Source of the DNA: Candidatus Dormibacteria bacterium
Lineage (GTDB): Bacteria; Chloroflexota; Dormibacteria; Aeolococcales; Bog-877
Assembly: GCA_050734515.1 (NCBI GenBank)
Contig: JBOHUM010000007.1
Span: 3,764-67,763, forward strand
DNA: 64,000 nucleotides
Direction: 5' to 3'
In this document: positions 54,062-62,067 of the stretch, piece by piece
How the letters are laid out: each line of letters begins with the position of its first letter
Numbering within the stretch: the first letter of the stretch is position 1
Notes under the pieces: model-generated
The model's input: the letters and a program-made list of their open reading frames with translations, nothing else
What the model was told of the DNA's origin: nothing
Databases searched by the model: none
Position numbers and translations under genes: made by a program

Positions 54062-55246
54062 TTGGACCGCCACGACACCACCCCGTCGCGGGTCACGCTC
54101 CGGGTGCTGGTCGCCCCCAACAGCTTCAAGGGGACCCTGAGCGCCTCGGCGGCGGCGGCCGCGATCGCCCTCGGCGTCGAACGGGCGCGACCAGGCAGCC
54201 AGACGGTGCTGAAGCCGATGGCCGACGGCGGCGATGGCTTCCTGGAGACGCTCCTGGCGGCCTGGCCGGGAGGCCGGCGAACCCACCACCAGGTGAGTGG
54301 TCCCCTGGGGGCTGAGGTCCGCGCCGAGATCGGCTGGATCGAGCGCCGGGGAGGGACCGCGGTGCTCGAGCTGGCTGCCGCCGCCGGGTTGGCCCTGGTC
54401 GGTCACCCCAGCCCGGAGTCCGCGGCGCGGGCTGGAACCCGGGGGCTGGGGGAGCTGATCGAGATCGCCCGAAGTCAGGGTGCGGCGGAGATCCTGGTGG
54501 GCCTGGGGGGCAGCGCCAGCACCGACGGCGGTGCCGGACTGGCAACCGGCCTTGGGTACCGTCTGCTCGACCGGGCTGGCAGGCAGATCACCCCGGGCGG
54601 CGGTGGCCTGCTGGCCCTGGAAGGAATCGTGGCTCCGCCTGGTTATGCCCAGCGATCTCGGGTCGTCGCCGCCTGCGATGTTGCCAACCCCTTGCTCGGG
54701 CCCAGCGGGGCCGCCGCCGTCTACGCGCCCCAGAAGGGAGCCGATGCCGCCACCGTGCGCCGCCTGGAGCGGGCCCTGGAGCGACTGGCCCGGGTCGCCG
54801 ACCGTGACCTCGGCCCATCTGCCGCGGCCCGGCGCCCGGGGGCCGGTGCGGCGGGCGGCACCGGCTTTGGGCTGTTGCGCTTCGCCGGCGCCGAGCTGGT
54901 CCCCGGGGCCAGGTTGGTGGCGGAGGCGGTGGGCCTGGATCAGGCCCTGGAGGTGTGCGACCTGGTCATCACCGGGGAGGGTCGCTTCGACCTGCAGAGC
55001 CTGGAGGGCAAGGCGACCGGCGAGGTGGTCCTCCGCGCCCGTGCGCGGGGGCTGCCCTGCACGGTGCTGGCCGGTTCGGCGGCGCCGGAGGCTCTCGCCC
55101 GCCTGGAAGGCCTGGGCGGGGACTTCCGGCTCGCCGCAAAGGGGGGGATCCCTGAGGAAGGTGCCGAGGCGGCGGCGCAACTGACCGAGGCCGCGGCTAT
55201 CAGCCTGCTGGCGATGCCGCCCGGGGGTGCCCCCCCGCCAGCCTAG
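54062..55246 (+). CDS. glxK: Glycerate kinase
   Basis: VLVAPNSFKGTLSA...MADGGDGF N-terminal pattern and a C-terminal ITGEGRFDLQSLEGKA motif. Start uncertain: TTG 54062 or GTG 54104. Confidence 0.82.
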   Translation: MDRHDTTPSRVTLRVLVAPNSFKGTLSASAAAAAIALGVERARPGSQTVLKPMADGGDGFLETLLAAWPGGRRTHHQVSGPLGAEVRAEIGWIERRGGTAVLELAAAAGLALVGHPSPESAARAGTRGLGELIEIARSQGAAEILVGLGGSASTDGGAGLATGLGYRLLDRAGRQITPGGGGLLALEGIVAPPGYAQRSRVVAACDVANPLLGPSGAAAVYAPQKGADAATVRRLERALERLARVADRDLGPSAAARRPGAGAAGGTGFGLLRFAGAELVPGARLVAEAVGLDQALEVCDLVITGEGRFDLQSLEGKATGEVVLRARARGLPCTVLAGSAAPEALARLEGLGGDFRLAAKGGIPEEGAEAAAQLTEAAAISLLAMPPGGAPPPA

Positions 55247-55250
55247 GCCC

Positions 55251-56261
55251 TCAGTAGACGGGGATGCACCACTCCCGGTACTTCTCCACCTCGCCGTGCA
55301 CCAGACGGTGGTAGAGGTCGTTGAGGGTGCGCCAGTAAGGCCCGAAGCTGCCGTCGCCAACGCGGCGGTTGTCCACCTCCACCACCGCCGAGATCTGGGC
55401 CCCGGTGCCGCAGAGGATCACCTCGTCGGCGATGTAGAGCTCGGTCCGGTCGATCGCCCGCTCCTGCGCCGGCAGCCCCAGGTCCTCGGTCCAAAGCTGA
55501 AGGAGGACGGAGCGGGTGACCCCCTCCAGGATGTTGTCTGAGACCGGAGGGGTGATCAGGGTGCCCTGGCGGATGATGAAGAGGTTCTCGGCGGAGCCCT
55601 CGCAGACGTGGCCGTCCTGGCCGAGCACGATCGCCTCGTCGAACCCGTGCTCGACCGCCTCGGTCTTGGCCAGGGCGGAGTTGACATAGATCCCGGTGAT
55701 CTTGGCTCGGGCGGGGGCGGCGTTGTCGTCGATCCGCCGCCAGCTGGAGACCATGCAGCGCAGCCCCCGGGTCCGGTCGTGGTACTCGCCGTAGGGCTGG
55801 GAGTAGATGAGGAACCCGTCCTGGAGGTCGTGGAGTCGGACCCCGATCTCCTGGGACGCCTTGTACACCAGGGGCCGGACGTAGGTGTCACAGCGGAACT
55901 GGTTGCGGCGCATGAGGTCGACCGTGATCTCGACCAGCTCCTCCACCGAGTGAGGCAGGGCCATCCTCAGAATGGCGGCGGACTGGTGCAGCCGCCGATA
56001 GTGGGCCTCCAGCTGGAACAGATAGAGCTGCTCCCGCTCCGGATTCCAGAAGCCGCGGATCCCCTCGAAGCAACCGGTGCCGTAGTGCAGGGCATGGGTC
56101 ATGACCCCGAGGTGGGCATCGCGGTAGCGCCGGGGCCCACCAGCGAAGTAGACCCAAGCCTGATCTTGGTCAAAGCTGGGAGCGCGGCCGGCTGAGACCG
56201 GCGCCGCCTCCTCGTCCAGAACCAGCTGCCCCACCTCAGCGGAACGTTCCCGTGCGGCCAA
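55251..56261 (-). CDS. ilvE: Branched-chain amino acid aminotransferase
   Basis: HALHYGTGCFEGIRGF motif of class-IV aminotransferases. Start proposed at TTG 56261, preceded by AGGAGG with a 6-nt spacing. The track start 56351 lies upstream of the candidate -10 box. Confidence 0.85.
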   Translation of the reverse strand: MAARERSAEVGQLVLDEEAAPVSAGRAPSFDQDQAWVYFAGGPRRYRDAHLGVMTHALHYGTGCFEGIRGFWNPEREQLYLFQLEAHYRRLHQSAAILRMALPHSVEELVEITVDLMRRNQFRCDTYVRPLVYKASQEIGVRLHDLQDGFLIYSQPYGEYHDRTRGLRCMVSSWRRIDDNAAPARAKITGIYVNSALAKTEAVEHGFDEAIVLGQDGHVCEGSAENLFIIRQGTLITPPVSDNILEGVTRSVLLQLWTEDLGLPAQERAIDRTELYIADEVILCGTGAQISAVVEVDNRRVGDGSFGPYWRTLNDLYHRLVHGEVEKYREWCIPVY

Positions 56262-56311
56262 GGCCACCCTCCTAGAACTGAGACGGCCAGCGAGGCAAGC
56301 GACCGGCGGCA

Positions 56312-56317
56312 AGTATA
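56312..56317 (-). promoter_or_regulatory. Candidate -10 box (TATACT) for ilvE
   Basis: The reverse strand reads TATACT about 50 nt upstream of TTG 56261. Confidence 0.25.
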
Positions 56318-56400
56318 CGGCGGGCATCTGGACGTTCCCGCTCTCGCCCACCCAGCTTCCGGGAGCCGATCTCGGCCGGTGTTACCATCGCGGCCAAGTC

Positions 56401-57690
56401 ATGCGAACGCCACGGTTGGCTACGGGCGTCACGCGCTGGCTGGTACCGGGCCTTCACGTCAAGCGCTGGGTGGGGGTGACCATCGTCGCCATCGTGGCGA
56501 TCAGCCTCGGGATCAGCTACGCCCTACGCGAGTACTACCAGCGGGCCACGCTGCCGTCATTCACCTACAACCTGACGCTCCAGTTCTGGCCGCGCTGGGT
56601 GCGGGCGATCATCTTCGCCGGGGTGGGGCTGACCCTCCTCAGCCTGGGGATGTACAAGCTGACCAAATCGCTGCTCAGCCCCTTCGTGCCCGGCGGCAAC
56701 AAGGCCCTGGTGGAGCGCCTCTACGACTTCCGGCGGCTGCAGAAGGGGCCCCGGATCGTGGCGGTGGGCGGGGGCACCGGTCTCTCCACCCTGCTCCGGG
56801 GGATCAAGCGCCACTCCGGCAACGTCACCGCCCTGGTGACCGTGGCCGACGACGGGGGCAGTTCGGGGCGGCTGCGCGAGGAGTACCAGGTGCTGCCCCC
56901 GGGCGACTTCCGCCAGTGCCTCACCGCCCTGGCCGACGTCGAGCCGCTCATGACCGAGCTCTTCCAGTACCGCTTCCAGGAGGGTTCGCTGAGCGGCCAC
57001 TCCTTCGGCAACCTCTTCATCATGGCCATGAGCGACATCACCGGGGACTTCGAGCACGCTCTGCGCGAGTCCGGCCGGGTGCTGGCGGTGCGCGGCCAGA
57101 TCGTCCCCAGCACCCTGGAGACGGTCACCCTCTGCGCCATCTCCGGGGAGCAGGTGCTGGTGGGTGAGTCCAAGGTGCCCACCGGCCGGGAGCCGATCCA
57201 GCGCGTCTTCCTGGTCCCGGAGCACCCCCGGCTCAACCCCGAGGCCCAGCTGGCGATCATGAACGCCGAGATGGTGGTGGTCGGTCCCGGCAGCCTCTAC
57301 ACCAGCCTTCTGCCCAACCTGCTGGTGGAGGGCATGATCGAGACCCTGCGGGCCAGCCCCGCGATCAAGGTCTACGTCTGCAACGTCGCCACCCAGCCCG
57401 GCGAGACCACCGGCTACGCCGTCCATGACCACGTCGAGACCCTTGAGCGCTACGTGGGTGGCGGGCTCTTCGACTACGTCCTGGCCAACAGCAACCTGAC
57501 CATGCAGCTCTCCCCCACCGCCCAGGAGGCGGGCGTGCACCGGGTGGCCTTCGACCGCCGCCGGGCCGCCGGCAACGGCCACCAGGTCCGCTACGTGCTC
57601 GCCGACCTGGTCTCCGCCAAGATCACGACCCACCACGACTCGGACAAGCTGGCGCTGGCCTTGATGAAACGGGTCTGGGCCCGGGTCTGA
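56401..57690 (+). CDS. YvcK/CofD-like (UPF0052, gluconeogenesis-factor family) protein with an N-terminal membrane extension
   Basis: The core reads PRIVAVGGGTGLSTLLRG...VADDGGSSGRLR. It is preceded by about 100 aa containing two hydrophobic helices (VGVTIVAIVAISLGISY, AIIFAGVGLTLLSLGMY). Confidence 0.78.
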   Translation: MRTPRLATGVTRWLVPGLHVKRWVGVTIVAIVAISLGISYALREYYQRATLPSFTYNLTLQFWPRWVRAIIFAGVGLTLLSLGMYKLTKSLLSPFVPGGNKALVERLYDFRRLQKGPRIVAVGGGTGLSTLLRGIKRHSGNVTALVTVADDGGSSGRLREEYQVLPPGDFRQCLTALADVEPLMTELFQYRFQEGSLSGHSFGNLFIMAMSDITGDFEHALRESGRVLAVRGQIVPSTLETVTLCAISGEQVLVGESKVPTGREPIQRVFLVPEHPRLNPEAQLAIMNAEMVVVGPGSLYTSLLPNLLVEGMIETLRASPAIKVYVCNVATQPGETTGYAVHDHVETLERYVGGGLFDYVLANSNLTMQLSPTAQEAGVHRVAFDRRRAAGNGHQVRYVLADLVSAKITTHHDSDKLALALMKRVWARV

Positions 57691-57699
57691 TCCGGCGGC

Positions 57700-58875
57700 T
57701 CAGGCCCCGGGCACGGCCTCGCCAATCTTCTCTGTGGGCAGCAGGAGGTTGCCGGCCAGCACCAGCTGGCGCCGGTCGCCGGCCTCCACCGCCTCGCGCA
57801 CCAGCTCCTCCAGCAGCTCCGGGAAGCCGATCCCGCTGGCCTGCCAGAGGTAGAAGGCCAAAGACCCGGGAATGGTGTTGACCTCGTTGAGGTAGAGCTG
57901 CCCCTGGTCCGAGCAGAGGAAGTCCACGCGCGCCGCGCCGGCGCAGCCCAGGGCGTCGTAGGCCTTGACTGCCAGGGCCTGCACCCGGTCCCGCAGGTCG
58001 TCGGCGATCCGGGCGGGCAGCTCGCGGCGCGGATCCGGGTAAGCGCCCTTGGCCGGGGTGGCTTCGGGCCCCACGCCCTTTCCCGGCTCCAGCCGGCCCT
58101 TGGTCAGGTACTTGTCCTGGTAGGAGAGCAGCTGCCCCGGCTTGAGCGGCCGCTCGACGGCGCTGGCCCGGGGCGACTGGCGCTTGACGGCGCAGTTGAG
58201 GTCCACCGCCCCGGGCACGGCCGGCTCCAGGACCACCTGCTCGTCGAAGCTGAGCGCCAATTCCACGGCCGCCTCCAGGCCCGCCTCCTCAACCACCACC
58301 GCGACGCCGATGCTGGATCCGCCCCGGTTGGGCTTGACCACCACCGGGTAGCCCAGCTCCCGGGCGGCGGCACCGGCCTGGGCCAGGGACGCCGCCGCCC
58401 GGCCGGGCAGCACCGGCAGCCCGCAGCTCTGCCAGAGCTGCTTGGAGCGCAGCTTGTCCATGGCCAGGGCTGCCGCCAGGGTGGGGCTGCCCACCTGGGG
58501 CAGCCGGGCGATCTCGGCCAGGCCGGCCAGGGAGCCGTCCTCGCCGAAGGTGCCGTGGAGGCAGGGCAGGAGCACATCGACACCCAGATCCCGAGGCCGA
58601 CCCAGCCGGGAGGACGCCGCGGTCCGCAGCCGTCCCCGATCCAGGTCGAGTTCCACCGCCAGACCGGCCTCGGGAAGTTGGCCTCGGAAGGCGCCGAGCT
58701 CGGCGAACTCGGGGCGGTGCAGCCAGCGCCCGGTCTTGGTGATGTAGACCGGCACCACTTCGGCGCCCAGCTGGGAGAGCACCGGCATCGCCTGGCAGGC
58801 GGTGATGATGCTGATCTCGTGCTCGACCGAGCGCGAACCGAACACCACCCCCACCGTCAGCCCGCTCAGGCTCAC
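57700..58875 (-). CDS. ddl: D-alanine--D-alanine ligase
   Basis: 391 aa with VGVVFGSRSVEHEISI N-terminus and an ATP-grasp body (EVNTIPG). ATG overlaps the upstream gene's stop by 4 nt. Confidence 0.85.
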   Translation of the reverse strand: MSLSGLTVGVVFGSRSVEHEISIITACQAMPVLSQLGAEVVPVYITKTGRWLHRPEFAELGAFRGQLPEAGLAVELDLDRGRLRTAASSRLGRPRDLGVDVLLPCLHGTFGEDGSLAGLAEIARLPQVGSPTLAAALAMDKLRSKQLWQSCGLPVLPGRAAASLAQAGAAARELGYPVVVKPNRGGSSIGVAVVVEEAGLEAAVELALSFDEQVVLEPAVPGAVDLNCAVKRQSPRASAVERPLKPGQLLSYQDKYLTKGRLEPGKGVGPEATPAKGAYPDPRRELPARIADDLRDRVQALAVKAYDALGCAGAARVDFLCSDQGQLYLNEVNTIPGSLAFYLWQASGIGFPELLEELVREAVEAGDRRQLVLAGNLLLPTEKIGEAVPGA

Positions 58876-60446
58876 GCCGTCTCCAGGAAGGAGTCGGGGA
58901 GGTCGTTCTCGAAGAGGACCACACTGCCCGGCCCGGCCACCGCCGGCAGCCGCAGCTGGGCCTGCTCCAAGCTGGCCACCACCGTCACCTGGTCCTCGGG
59001 GTAGCCCGCCTGGCTGAGGCCACGTGCCAGCGCCGCCGACTGCCGGGGCCCGACCAGGATCACATGGCTGCAGACCTCCGCCGCCCGGCGGCCCAGCTCG
59101 CGCATCTCCCGCTCCTGCAGTGGACCCAACTCGACGTACCCGGGCGTTACCAGCACCCGGCGCTGCCCGGGAAGCGTGGCCAGCAGACGCAGGGCCTCGG
59201 CGGCGCCGTCGGGGTTGGAATTGTAGGCGTCGTCAATGATGGTCAGCCCCCCCGCCTGGCTGACCTCGAGCCGATGGGGCGCTCCCGCCAGGCCCGCCGC
59301 CCTGGCCACCAGTTCCGACAGGCCCACCCCCAGCTCGGCGGCGGCCGCCAGGGCGCAGAGGAGGTCGGCGACCGCGTGGCGGCCGTGGATCGCGGCACTG
59401 ATCGGTTCGTCCTCGCCCGCCGAGCCCCGGAGGCGAAAGCTGGTGCCCTGGGCACTCAGCTCCAGTGACTCCGCCCACCAGCGGTCACCGGTTGCGCCCA
59501 CCCACACCACCGGGGCCCGGAGCCTCGCCAGCAGGGTGCCCCGCTCGGCGATGTCGCTGGGCAGCACCGCCACCCCGTCCTCGGGCAAAGCCGCCAGCAG
59601 CTCCGACTTGGCCAGGGCGATTCGCTGCCGGCTGCCGAAGCGCTCCAGGTGCATGACCCCGACGGCGGTGATGATCCCCACCCGGGGATGGGTGAAGGAG
59701 CAGATCTCGGCGATCTCGCCGGGGCGATAAGCGCCCATCTCCACGATCGCCATTCGGTGCTCGGGGTTCAGCCCCTCGTTGACCGCCCGGCAGACCCCGA
59801 GGGTGGTGTTGAAGCTCTCCGGGGTGGCAAAGCAGGGGGTCTCGGGCGAATCCAGCAGCTGGCTCAGGAAGAGCTTGGTCGTGGTCTTGCCGTAGCTCCC
59901 GGTGATCCCCACCACCACCGGCCGGGTGGAGGCGATCCGGGCTTGGGCCTGGCGCATGTATCCCAGGCGGCGGCGACGCTCGTAGGGGACGGTGAGCGCC
60001 AGGGCCCCGGCCAGGGCGGCCAGCACCAGCAGGTCGACGACGCCCAGCACCAGTGCCCCGGGCCAGCCCCACCAGAGCACCAGGAAGAGCGCCGCCAGGA
60101 GCAGGGCCCCGGAGACACCAGCGAGGCGCCGGGCCCGTCCCGTCCAGCGCAGAACTCCGCGTCGCCCGAAGGGGCGCTGGGTGGCCAGCGGCAGGAGGCA
60201 GGCCAGGGCCAGGGGCAGGGCCGGGCTCAGCGTCCCCGGGAAGGCGGCTGCGGCCATGGCCCCGCCCCCCAGGAGCAGCCCCAGCTGCCAGGGCCAGTCC
60301 CGGACCAGGCGGCGGCGCGCGCTCAGGGCTAGGCGTCGGAGCTGGTACTCGTCCAGTTGCAGAAGGTAGAGCCAGCCCTGCCAGCGGCCGCGCAGGCAGG
60401 CCCCGGCCAGCAGCGTCAGCAGGGCCGCCTGCCAGGGCGGGATCAC
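58872..60446 (-). CDS. MurF-like Mur ligase with an N-terminal multi-pass membrane region in place of the usual N-terminal domain
   Basis: 524 aa. The P-loop VVGITGSYGKTTTK appears only at about residue 170. Central and C-terminal Mur-ligase-like sequence is present (DAYNSNPDGA). The first 150-165 residues form 3-4 hydrophobic helices. Confidence 0.7.
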   Translation of the reverse strand: MIPPWQAALLTLLAGACLRGRWQGWLYLLQLDEYQLRRLALSARRRLVRDWPWQLGLLLGGGAMAAAAFPGTLSPALPLALACLLPLATQRPFGRRGVLRWTGRARRLAGVSGALLLAALFLVLWWGWPGALVLGVVDLLVLAALAGALALTVPYERRRRLGYMRQAQARIASTRPVVVGITGSYGKTTTKLFLSQLLDSPETPCFATPESFNTTLGVCRAVNEGLNPEHRMAIVEMGAYRPGEIAEICSFTHPRVGIITAVGVMHLERFGSRQRIALAKSELLAALPEDGVAVLPSDIAERGTLLARLRAPVVWVGATGDRWWAESLELSAQGTSFRLRGSAGEDEPISAAIHGRHAVADLLCALAAAAELGVGLSELVARAAGLAGAPHRLEVSQAGGLTIIDDAYNSNPDGAAEALRLLATLPGQRRVLVTPGYVELGPLQEREMRELGRRAAEVCSHVILVGPRQSAALARGLSQAGYPEDQVTVVASLEQAQLRLPAVAGPGSVVLFENDLPDSFLETA

Positions 60447-60456
60447 GTGGTGGGTC

Positions 60457-61266
60457 TCAGAGCTGGGCGTCCATGAAGGCGTCGACCACGGCGGCGAACC
60501 TCCCGGGTTGGTCGACGAAGGGGAAATGCCCCGATCCCTGGAAGCGAACCAGCTCCGACCCGGCGATCAGCTGCTGCAGCCGCTGGCCATGGGGGTCGAG
60601 GGGCAGCTCCGAGTCGGCCGAGCCCCAGACGATCAGGGTGGGAACCCGGATCTCGGCGGCGACCAAGCCCAGGTCCTCCTGGACGGCGCGGACCAGCACC
60701 GGGCGCAGTTCCCCGGCCTGGCGGTAGTCCGCCGATCCCAGCCGCTGCCGCAGCCACTCCACCGCCAGCTCCGCCGCCGAGCGCGGCAGCAGGGTCTCGG
60801 CGGCGCGGCGCAGGGTGCGGAAGAGGCGAACCTTGGCTCCCACCCCGCCCCGGCGGGGCACCCGGATCCCGGAGGCGGCACAGAGCAGCAGCCTGTCCAC
60901 CAAGGCCGACGGTCCGGAGGCGAGGTGGAGGCTGACGCCGCCACCGTAGGAGTGGCCGATCAGGCTGGGTCGGGCCCAGCCCTGGTCGGCGGCCAAGGCG
61001 CCGATCAGCTGGGCGTAGCTGGCGGTGGTCCAGGTGGGCGCCCCCAGCGGCGAGTGGCCGAAACCGGGCAGGTCGACCGCCACCAGTCGGCGGGGGGTGC
61101 GGCAGAGTCGGAGCAGGCCGGAGAAGGTCGCCGCCTCCGCCCCCCATCCGTGAAGCAGCAGTACCGGGGGGTCGGCGCCGGGACGTTCCAGCCAGGAGAC
61201 CTGGGCTCCTCCCAGGTCGACGCGGTGCCGCTCGGGGATGATGGAACCAGGCGCGGCAGTCGCCAT
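60457..61266 (-). CDS. Alpha/beta-fold hydrolase
   Basis: 269 aa with an oxyanion HG (LLLHGWG), the nucleophile elbow GHSYGG and a C-terminal His (GSGHFPF). Confidence 0.8.
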   Translation of the reverse strand: MATAAPGSIIPERHRVDLGGAQVSWLERPGADPPVLLLHGWGAEAATFSGLLRLCRTPRRLVAVDLPGFGHSPLGAPTWTTASYAQLIGALAADQGWARPSLIGHSYGGGVSLHLASGPSALVDRLLLCAASGIRVPRRGGVGAKVRLFRTLRRAAETLLPRSAAELAVEWLRQRLGSADYRQAGELRPVLVRAVQEDLGLVAAEIRVPTLIVWGSADSELPLDPHGQRLQQLIAGSELVRFQGSGHFPFVDQPGRFAAVVDAFMDAQL

Positions 61267-61339
61267 CGGCCTGCGAGTCTAAGCCATGTCTAAGCGCCCG
61301 AACTGGCGCGCCCTGCTCTGATCGCGCCGTGCCCGAACC

Positions 61340-61345
61340 TATAAT
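61340..61345 (+). promoter_or_regulatory. Perfect -10 box TATAAT implying a near-leaderless response-regulator mRNA
   Basis: TATAAT at 61340-61345, with ATG 61356 beginning 10 nt after the hexamer. There is no SD. The track start GTG 61329 lies upstream of the box. Confidence 0.4.
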
Positions 61346-61355
61346 CCCGCCAGCC

Positions 61356-62060
61356 ATGCCCCCGGAAGAGATCGGGGACCGGGCCTCGGGTCCGGCCCGG
61401 ATCCTGGTCGTCGATGACGAGCCGGCGATCACCGACTTCATCCAGCTGGGACTGAGCCGGGAGGGGTTCCAGGTCCGGACCGCGCGAGACGGGCGGGCGG
61501 CCCTGACCGCGGTGGACCAGTTCCAGCCCGACCTCGTGGTCCTCGACCTGATGATGCCGCGCCTGGACGGCATGGCCCTGACCCGGGAACTGGCTGGCGA
61601 GCCCCGCCGGGGGCTGCTGATCCTCAGCGCCCGCGACGAGACCAGCGACCGGGTGGCGGGCCTCGAGCTCGGCGCCGACGACTACCTGGTCAAGCCCTTT
61701 GAGTTCTCCGAGCTGCTGGCCCGGGTGCGTTCGATCCTGCGCCGGCGCCAGCCCGCCCAGGTGGGGCAGCGAAGGGTCGGCGACCTGGAGCTGGACCGCG
61801 GCACCCACTCGGTCAGTCACCGCGGGCGGCCGGTCGCCTTGACCGCCCGTGAGTTCGACCTGCTCGCCTACCTGATGGACCATCCCGGCCAGGTGCTGGA
61901 GCGGGACCAGATCCTCAACGCGGTCTGGGGGGTCGCCTTCTACGGCGACCCCAACAACCTGGAGGTCTACATCCGCTACCTGCGGCTCAAGCTGGACGAC
62001 ACCGACCGCCGCCGCATCCAGACGGTCCGGGGGGTGGGCTATCGACTCGCCGCCGGCTGA
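61356..62060 (+). CDS. OmpR-family response regulator
   Basis: Receiver domain (RILVVDDEPAITDFI...DLVVLDLMMPRLDG) plus a winged helix (LTAREFDLLAYLM...GVGYRL). The start is ATG 61356 (preferred) or GTG 61329. Confidence 0.88.
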   Translation: MPPEEIGDRASGPARILVVDDEPAITDFIQLGLSREGFQVRTARDGRAALTAVDQFQPDLVVLDLMMPRLDGMALTRELAGEPRRGLLILSARDETSDRVAGLELGADDYLVKPFEFSELLARVRSILRRRQPAQVGQRRVGDLELDRGTHSVSHRGRPVALTAREFDLLAYLMDHPGQVLERDQILNAVWGVAFYGDPNNLEVYIRYLRLKLDDTDRRRIQTVRGVGYRLAAG

Positions 62061-62067
62061 GGGCTCG

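Noticed and set aside
56241-56340. The palindrome GGAACGTTCC (56241-56250) and a near-repeat GACGTTCCCG (56331-56340), considered as an operator pair for ilvE/yvcK.
   Set aside because: With the SD-supported TTG 56261 start, the first copy lies inside ilvE codons 4-7. The shared 9-mer could be chance in GC-rich DNA. There is no symmetric second half at the upstream copy.
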